From Chrysomallon squamiferum (lineage: Eukaryota; Animalia; Mollusca), in NCBI GenBank assembly GCA_012295275.1, contig CM022678.1, positions 2,108,001 through 2,172,000 on the forward strand: 64,000 bases of DNA. The letters run 5' to 3'. A program made the translations under genes and the position numbers. Of the stretch, positions 55,901 through 64,000 are shown one piece after another; positions within the stretch are counted from its first letter, which is position 1; every line of letters starts with the position of its first letter. A model generated the notes under the pieces. The model saw nothing but the letters and a program-made list of their open reading frames with translations, searched no databases and was not told where the DNA came from.

Positions 55901-58776
55901 TTATTTTGTATTTATTCGTATTATTTTATTTCATTTTATTTTTTTTAAATTTCAACATTTCTGCAGTTTTCAATGATGGTGTATGTTGTTAAAAGTTTTG
56001 CATCACATTCTGGGCCTGAATTAAAAAAAAGAAAAAAAAAAAAAAAAAAAAAATTAAAAAATCACAAAATCAAAATGCAGAAGACCTCATATTCTATAAG
56101 AAACAATCAAGCAAACAGACAGACAACTGTTTTTACCAGAATAGTTTGAGCTGCAGCATTTCTTGGGACTGATATTGTGCGATACAATCGCCTTCTGAGA
56201 GAAGCGTTTCCATCAAACACCCGAATAATCTCCACTGAAAACAAGTTTCATATCGTTATTTCACATTAATATAAAAATTCTTCTTGATTATCTAATTATC
56301 TCCACTGGGAAACAGTTTTAATATTTTTATCTGTATTCTACATTAACAGACAGTGAGACGCTACTGCTGATTACCTCCAATAAAAATAAAAATTTAATTT
56401 TAAATATTATTTCAAATTAATGCACTCTCATCTGTTATCACCAATCTTGTTATCTTTGAAGAAAATATAAACACATCATTTTTATTATTATTTTGAATTA
56501 ACAGACACTTGAACATCTCTGATTACCTAATTATTCAAATGGTGATGAATGCATTATTTTTATTAGTACTTCAATTTAATATCTACTCAGTTCTTACTGG
56601 AAACCTCATTATATTCAAATGAAAATAAATTCATTATTTTTACTGTTATTTTTAAATTCACGCAAACTCATTTACTGCTGTTTACCTAGTTACAAATTCT
56701 GTACACTATGCTTACTTATTATCTTGTTTACTCCAAGTTAAGAATAATTACAGAGAAAAATCTTTCAATGTGAAATTAATTTAATAAGTTATCCTTTACA
56801 ACAAGAACCAAAACATCGCAGATTGGAATAAAAGTGGAAATGTAAGAGAGAGAATATAGAACTGTAAGAATGTGTCAGAGAAATAGGGGAGGTAAGCCAG
56901 AGAAGCAAAGGGAGGCAACTGACTGTCAGTGTCCTTGTCCTTGTCTTTCCCCTCTTTGTCTCGCGGAGATCGTCTCTCTTTCTCCTCATCGTCATTCTTC
57001 GAGTCTCCACTTGATGACCACTCCTCAGAAACAGTGCGAGCTGAAAACAAACAACAAACTTTATACTGTAAACAAACAACATGTTAACTTTATACTGTAA
57101 ACAAACAACATGTTAACTTTATACTGAAAACAAACAACATGTTAACTTTATACTGAAAACAAACAACATGTTAACTTTATACTGTAAACAAACAACATGT
57201 TAACTTTATACAAAACAACATGTTAAACAAACAACATTTTTATACTGAAAACAAACAACATGTTAACTTTATACAGCAAACAACATGTTAACTTTATACA
57301 ACAAACAACATGTTAACTTTATACTGAAAACAATCTGTTAATTATAAACTGTAAACAATATGTTAATTATAAACTGTAAACAATCTGTTAATTATAAACT
57401 GCAATCTGTTAATTATAAACTGTAAACAATCTGTTAATTATAAACTGTAAACAATTTGTTAATTTTTAAACTATAAACAAACAATTTTTAAACTGTAAAC
57501 AATTTGTTAAACTGTAAACAATTTGTAAATTTTTTAACTGTAAACAAACAATTTGTTAATTTTATTTAAACTGTAAACAAACAATTTGTTAATTTTAAAC
57601 TGTAAACAAACAATTTGTTAAATTTTAAAATGTAAACAAACAGTTAGTTAGGCAAGCATGGAACAAACCCAGTCTGAACATAACACCCATACACAAATAT
57701 TTTTTATCCCCTTTTTCTAGATATTTAAATATACAAGCATATAAACATTTATTTGAATACAATACAGAAAACTACTAGGAAAAAAATATATAAAAAAATA
57801 GCATTCAATAGCATGCATCATTTAACCTTAATATATATATATATTTTTTTTAAATTTTAGTTTTTAATAACTGAATGCACTCACCTGGTATATCTGTGGA
57901 ATTGACAAGAAAATGGTCAGATGGAAGCACAGATGAATGAAGAAGTAAAAAAAAGAAAAAGAAGAAAAAATATGTTAATTATATAATTTAATATGCATTC
58001 GGAATGAAATAATGAAAAGAAAGACAGAGAGAGAGAGAGACAAAGAACACACCCCATGTAAAGTCCTATGTCAAAAACATTTTCAACAGAAAGTTTTAAT
58101 TTTTAAGATTTAAAATTTGTTTTTCATTGTTAAAAATGTTGAGAAGATTATAAACATTAATAAAGTTATATCAACTGTTTGTTATATAAATACTGATTAT
58201 TTTATATAATATATTAATATATATATATTTTATATATATAGCAAAATCAACTAATTCAGATCTATTTTTAACTTATATAGATAATGAAACATGTAAATAA
58301 ATAATACATATACTCCTTATTAATTTTATAGTTATATTCTAGAGGTGGTCCTTTACATGACAAATTGTACATAACATTAACAGAAACTTGTTATATTTTG
58401 TTAACATACACATTCACAATCTAGAGGTGTCCTTTATATGGGGTTTATGAATACACAATAAACACAAAAGACAGAGAACAATAACAACTGTAAATGCTCG
58501 TTAATAATATATGCTTTCTAGAGGTGTCCTTTATATGGGGTTTATAATAAATAATTAAGATAATAAAAGAGAAAAAAAAAAAGAAAACAAATGAGAGCAG
58601 CCCAAGCAAATTAATCAGCACATTAGTGAGACACTGCAAAAATTTAAATTTTTTTTTTATTTTTATTATAATTTAATGTATTATGTCAGACCTGCCCTGA
58701 TCATACTCTGAAAATAACAATAATAATAATAACAATAATAAATAATAATAATAGTAATAATAATAATAGTAACAAC

Positions 58777-58835
<59 letters not shown>

Positions 58836-58855
58836 CAATAATAATAATAATAATA

Positions 58856-58886
<31 letters not shown>

Positions 58887-58893
58887 TAGTAAC

Positions 58894-58946
<53 letters not shown>

Positions 58947-58963
58947 TAATAATAATAATAATG

Positions 58964-59006
<43 letters not shown>

Positions 59007-60262
59007 TGATGATAAAAGTAACAATAACAATAAGTATAATGATAATAATAATAAAAATAAATAAATAAATAAATACATAAATAAAATAGAGTATATAAAA
59101 ATGTCAATTTGTTGTTGATAAAACAAATTTGAAAACTAAATGGATAAAAATAAGAAAAAACTTAACTAAAGTTTAATAAAAATAGTAATAATAATAACAT
59201 ACTAGCAGTAACAATAACAAAAGTAATAGTAGTTAAAGATATTATTAATAACAATAAAAATTCAGATTAATTTTAAAATAATGTTTGCTGTAACCTGATA
59301 ATTATTATTATTATTTTTTGTTTTCAAAATTTCCCCACCCAGATTTATTTTTCTAATTCTATAAAACATTTCTTTCATTTAAAGATTTTTAAAGTTAAAA
59401 AGAAAGCAAAGAAGAAAGAAGAAATACAACTTATTATAATACAATACCTACCCATTCTTAATTTCGAGGATTTAAAAAAAAAAAAAAAAAAAAAAAATCC
59501 AACCAGCATTAATATGGTGGGTTTAAAATAATAATAATAATAATAATAATAAAAGTAAAAAAATAAAAATAAATGCCTGCTTATGTACCCAGTTAATTTG
59601 GTGGGTTTGTTTAAAAAATGAAATGCCTACCTATCTAACCCACTGTTAATTTGGTGGGTTTGTTTAAAAAATGAAATGCCTACCTATCTAACCCACTGTT
59701 TATTTGGTGGGTTTGTTTAAAAAATGAAATGCCTACCTATCTTACCCACTGTTTATTTGGTGGGTTTGTTTAAAAAATGAAATGCCTACCTATCTAACCC
59801 ACTGTTTATTTGGTGGGTTTGTTTAAAAAATGAAATGCCTACCTATCTTACCCACTGTTTATTTGGTGGGTTTGTTTAAAAAATGAAATGCCTACCTATC
59901 TTACCCACTGTTAATTTGGTGGGTTGTTTAAAAAATGAAATGCCTACCTATCCACCCACTGTTAATTTGGTGGGTTGTTTAAAAAATGAAATGCCTACCT
60001 ATCCACCCACTGTTAATTTGGTGGGCCAGGTTACAGCAAACCAATATATTTTTAAAAGATGGCCTAGCTGGGAAGTTCTGTGATGACCACTCATGTGACA
60101 GAATGTTAGATGGATGGACAGAAGGGTAGTTGTTGGAAGACAAACGACCTTGAACTTGAAATTCAGAATTAGGTATATCTGAAAAACAAATGTCACCTTT
60201 TTCCAAGTATTTTATTCAATGTTTTTTTTTGTTATTGTTGTTGTTGTTGTTATTGTTAATGC

Positions 60263-60299
<37 letters not shown>

Positions 60300-60469
60300 G
60301 TTACTTCTACATATTTTATATGTAAATTTTTATGTATTTATTCTTCTTTATTTGTCAGACTTTTTATCATTATGATTACTGTTTCCTAAATATGCACACA
60401 TATAAAACAGAATTTTCTGACCAATTGCTTATTTCTGCATTTATTTAATTTCCATATCACAACAACAAA

Positions 60470-60505
<36 letters not shown>

Positions 60506-61489
60506 CTATTTGAATTTTCAAATAAAAATTAAAATTACAAAATATAAACTTTTTAATATCAATTTTTTTCCCTTCAATTTATTTATTTATTAATTTAATT
60601 TATTTATTTATTGCATTCAACAATAGCTACTAAAAATAATCATGCTGGTTAAATTTTCAAAACAAAAATTGAAATAAACAAGATAACTGTTTTTAATCTA
60701 TGCTAATAGGCACCCAAGCACGCTTGTTATGGACATGTTATTAAAAAGCATGGGAAAATGTCAAGTAGTAAATCAGTGAAAGAGCTGGTGTTGTGTAATA
60801 ATATTAAATAATTCTTTGTTACTGACTGAACCAAGGTTTGATCCTAGTATCTATGAATTAGGAAGGAATGGGAGATAACTGAGGAAAGAAGTATTAGAAG
60901 CTGTAAGCTGTTTTTATATTAACTGTAGTTTAATTCTGAAAGTTGAGAAAAGAAACTAGTTGTAAGCTGTCTTTATATTAACTGTAGTTTAATTCTGAAA
61001 GTTGAGAAAAGAAACTAGTTGTAAGCTGTTTTTATATTAACTGTAGTTTAATTCTGAAAGTTGAGAAAAGAAACTAGCTGTAAGCTGTTTTTATATTAAC
61101 TGTAGTTTAATTCTGAAAGTTGAGAAAAGAAACTAGCTGTAAGCTGTCTTTATATTAACTGTAGTTTAATTCTGAAAGTTGAGAAAAGAAACTAGTTATT
61201 ACTGACACACAGTTAAAATCTGATAAAACTGATTATCAGCAGTGAATCCTTTGTGTGCACTTTTGTCAAAGACAGGTCAGTACATACCAGAACCTTTCTT
61301 AACCAGTACCCCAACAAAACAAATAAATATATAAAAGTAATAAAAAACAACAAATAATAATAATATAAATAAATAAATAAATAATAATAGTATAAAATAA
61401 TAAATTATTTAATTTTTGAAATTACTTTTTTTTTTTATATTTCTAAATAGTTCTTAAATATCTGTTAACTTATTCTAGAATCAATAAAT

Positions 61490-61533
<44 letters not shown>

Positions 61534-63723
61534 CAGAGAGAGTAACAGAGAGATAGAAACAGAGAAAAAGAGAGAGAGAGATAGAGAAATTAAACAGAGA
61601 GGTTTCAAATAACTTTTTTATTTTTTTTATTTACACTGACTGGTTTAAAGGAAGATGATGGGATAATAATGTTCCTGTCTGAAGCCCTGTGTAACTACTG
61701 TGAAAGTGTAACGAGCTGTTTTGATGAGTTATTTGAGTTTTATGTAACATACTCACTCTAATGAGCACCTATCTGTTGTTCAGGTCATGTAAACTGATGA
61801 AAAACTCAAGAATGACAAGGTTAGTTAGCAAATGAAACAAAAGCCAGAAAGAATCTTTCCAGTGACATTCAAATTATATCTGACATAATTTAAATATGTC
61901 ATTGATACCGGTGAATACTTATTTATATTGTTCATTCGTCTTTGTGACTGAATGTAAATAAATAAAATAAATAAATAAATAAATATATAAAAAACAATAA
62001 AATAAATGAATGAATGAAGAATAATAAATTAAAATAATAATAACAGTAATGATGACAATTATAATGACAATAATAATAATAACCATAATAATAATAATAA
62101 TATAACAATAATAAAAATTTAAAATAATAATAGTAGTAATAAATTAAAATAATAATAATAATAATAATAATAATTATAACAAAATGAAAAAAAAAAAAAA
62201 AAAATAACAGAATTATAATAATTATTTAAACTGAGGAAGAGTAATCAGTTTGTTTTTGTTTTGTTGTTTCCTCAGTAATTTTAAAAATTCAAAAACATTT
62301 TATTATTAATTTGTCTTGTGAAAATGTATAAAAAATTTTTTAAACAAGTTCTTTTAATTTTCTTTGTCACCAATTTATCATTCTCTTATAACTGTTAATA
62401 TTACTTTTCTTTCATTTTCAGTTAAATAAAATAAAATTTTACATTTTAACAAAAAACAGAAATTACTGAATTTAACATTACTGACTGCTGAATATTTTTG
62501 TTTTTTTTAAATAAAATTTTGAAGGTCACTGGGAAGGGGGGGAATCTAAACATCGTGAAAGCATCCATACTGGTTTTCCTACTTAGTCCAAGAATAGTCT
62601 CCACGGGAACATCCATTCTGGGAACCGTGAGGCAGCTGGGGGGCAGCATGATGTCACGCAGACTGCCGAACTTGCACTCCACCGGCAGGCTTCGGTAACA
62701 CTGAGCATGTGCCTGCAACAAATGTAAAATTGCAATTTGTAATTGTAACGGAATGTGATTTGAAAAAAAAAAATTTAAAAAAAAGATTATTTGAGTTTAT
62801 TTTGTTTTTGTTTCAGTTCATTATTTTTACTTTACTTTACATATTTACTTTTCTTGTTATTTAGTTTTTAATTTTCGTTTTAATTTGTTTTACCTTGTTA
62901 TTTATTTTACATTATTTTATTTGTTTTATTTATTGATTTTGTTCATTTTCTTTACTTTTTCCAAATAGGCAATAGAAAGAGCAACCATTGTTACTTTGTT
63001 GTCTTTAAGACCACTCCCAAACACTGCATAATGTGACTTGAAAAACCAACATTCATTTTACAGTAATACAAATAGTTTTATTATTATTTCTAGAAAGATT
63101 TTGCATATTTTGGGTGATTTCACATTTGGATTTATAGAACAAAAGAATGAATAATAATAAGAAAAGGGGAGGGGGGAGAGGGAGAGGGAGAGAGAGAGAA
63201 CAGGAGGTGTATGGAAGAAAGGAAAAGGCCTCCCTACAGTGGAGACTAGTAAAGGAAGGACAAATGAATGCATGAAAATGTGACAGTAAGGAGTCTAGAA
63301 AGACAAAAACAGTAGAAAAGAAGATATGAAGAGTTAGATAGAAACGTGGTCTGTGTGACTAGATTTGTCAGGGGGGGTCACTCACCGTCACTCCGCACCA
63401 TTCACATCTCATTCCTGCGAGACACTCGGACGACCAGCAGGTTTTCTTACACGACACACACTTAGAGTTGGGGGGCAGGTTACCCTCGCGCCAGTGGTGA
63501 TAGTGAACAACAGATGCCTGCAACAGTAGCAGTAGTAGCAATAGCAGCAATAGTAGTAATAATAATAATAGTAATAATAATAATAATAATAATAAATAAT
63601 AACAGTAATAGTAATAATAATAGTAATAATAGTAATAATAATAATGTGTGTATACAGATGTTTGTTAAATTCAATGAAGGAAATGGAGACTAACATCATC
63701 TCTCTAGGGTTGGTTGGTTGGTC

Positions 63724-63761
<38 letters not shown>

Positions 63762-63876
63762 AATTAACAAAAGAACTACAGACTAACCTTGTCTCTCTGG
63801 GGCTGGTAGGTAGCACACTCTTTACAGTCACTGACCACAAAATCCTGACACTCCAGATGTGCATAATATTCACAAA
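44285..63876 (-). CDS. DGKQ: diacylglycerol kinase theta (C1, RA, RRM-like, DAGK catalytic and accessory domains), 5' end outside window
   Basis: Exons 63876-63788, 63517-63386, 62712-~62571, (60178-59999), (57893-57885), 57040-56924, 56234-56137, 55411-55339, 53379-53235, 52747-52642, 51137-51024, 50444-50294, 49612-49455, 48816-48665, 48431-48283, 47686-47579, ~46266/46184-46042, 47137-46934, 45580-45415, 44720-44622, 44407-44285. Motifs: [69 protein letters not shown]. Confidence 0.95.
46185..46740 (-). repeat. 6 copies of DGK acceptor plus exon start (ACAG|ATTACACAACAAGGGTGTATATATAAAAATG) separated by (TTTA)n
   Basis: Each copy encodes [11 protein letters not shown], the conserved DGK accessory-domain start. 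Confidence 0.93.
47936..48282 (-). repeat. 42-bp array (~8 copies) abutting a DGK donor
   Basis: Unit GTTTGTAATGTCCAGTCTTT[GA]ACTTCCACATGTCATCATTGT, starting at AG|GTCAGTTTGTAATG. Confidence 0.92.
51138..52620 (-). repeat. ~15 copies of DGK acceptor plus first ~39 exon nt ([13 protein letters not shown]) separated by (TTTG)n
   Basis: Unit TTTGTTACAG|GAGGCATACACAGACAACTTTGA[CT]CTGGT[AT]GAGGTGTTG; it fills nearly the whole intron. Confidence 0.96.
53770..55338 (-). repeat. ~55-60-bp minisatellite (>25 copies) starting at a DGK donor
   Basis: The real donor is G|GTATGTTTTTATGTTAGT; repeat units read CTATGTTTTTATGTTAGT...GAGACTGCTGTTA. Confidence 0.93.
57041..57640 (-). repeat. 25-30-bp arrays of a DGK acceptor (GTTGTTTGTTT[TA]CAG)
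   Basis: Units TATAAAGTTAACATGTTGTTTGTTTTCAG and AACAGATTGTTTACAGTTTATAATT; the last copy is the acceptor of exon 57040. Confidence 0.9.
57885..57893 (-). CDS. candidate 9-nt microexon of DGK theta (ATATACCAG)
   Basis: Long pyrimidine tract, TGC and CTGAC upstream, CCACAG acceptor, GTGAGT donor; phase 1-1 and compatible with exon 57040. Confidence 0.6.
59500..60027 (-). repeat. 53-bp array (8 plus degenerate copies) of exon end plus donor
   Basis: Unit CCCACCAAAT[TA]AACAGTGGGT..GATAG|GTAGGCATTTCATTTTT. Confidence 0.93.
59999..60178 (-). CDS. candidate 180-nt in-frame cassette exon of DGK theta
   Basis: TTTTTCAG|ATATACCT...GGATAG|GTAGGC; open, phase 1-1 ([13 protein letters not shown]...HQINSGWI). 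Confidence 0.55.
   Translation of the reverse strand: MYLILNFKFKVVCLPTTTLLSIHLTFCHMSGHHRTSQLGHLLKIYWFAVTWPTKLTVGG
60899..61197. repeat. ~60-bp minisatellite (5 copies)
   Basis: Unit AGCTGTAAGCTGTTTTTATATTAACTGTAGTTTAATTCTGAAAGTTGAGAAAAGAAACT. Confidence 0.92.
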
Positions 63877-64000
63877 CTGTAAAATAAAACATGATATTCA
63901 CAAACTGTAAAATAAAACATGATATTCACCAACTGTAAAATAAAACATGATATTCACAAACTGTAAAATAAAACATAATATTCACCAACTGTATAATAAA
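63862..64000 (-). repeat. 28-bp array (5 or more copies) of DGK acceptor plus ~15 exon nt
   Basis: Unit TTTTATTTTACAG|TT[TG]GTGAATATCATG versus the real TTTTATTTTACAG|TTTGTGAATATTATGCAC. Confidence 0.92.

Noticed and set aside
58673-59126. Poly-Tyr/poly-Leu ORFs
   Set aside because: (TAA)n microsatellite.
60899-61197. 60-bp array with acceptor-like TTTTCTCAACTTTCAG, predicting a hidden DGK exon
   Set aside because: Phase-1 reading from the terminal AGs hits stop codons quickly; no exon can be supported.

Overview
AT-rich, microsatellite-dense animal genomic DNA (an invertebrate, plausibly a mollusc; this is an inference). It holds five intron-containing genes: 10 exons of TCP1/CCT-alpha (+, 5' end outside the window), a complete 9-exon ZnT2/SLC30A2-like zinc transporter (-), two tandem paralogous 2-exon genes of unknown family (+), and the 3' ~21 exons of diacylglycerol kinase theta (-). 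Two main findings stand out. (1) About 20 exon-intron junctions in the three conserved genes are amplified into tandem arrays made of the splice site itself, often with the first or last exon bases. There are up to ~33 decoy copies per junction, and many form AG|GT dual sites or complete mini pseudo-exons. (2) Both unknown paralogs have an N-terminal membrane-anchor ORF overlapped by a conserved-domain ORF in the -1 frame. This is either programmed recoding or assembly indels; homopolymer frameshifts in TCP1 and DGK show that such errors are likely here. Also found: a duplicated intronic H/ACA snoRNA, a U12-type intron, a 9-nt microexon candidate and a 180-nt cassette exon candidate. All coordinates and copy counts were read by eye.
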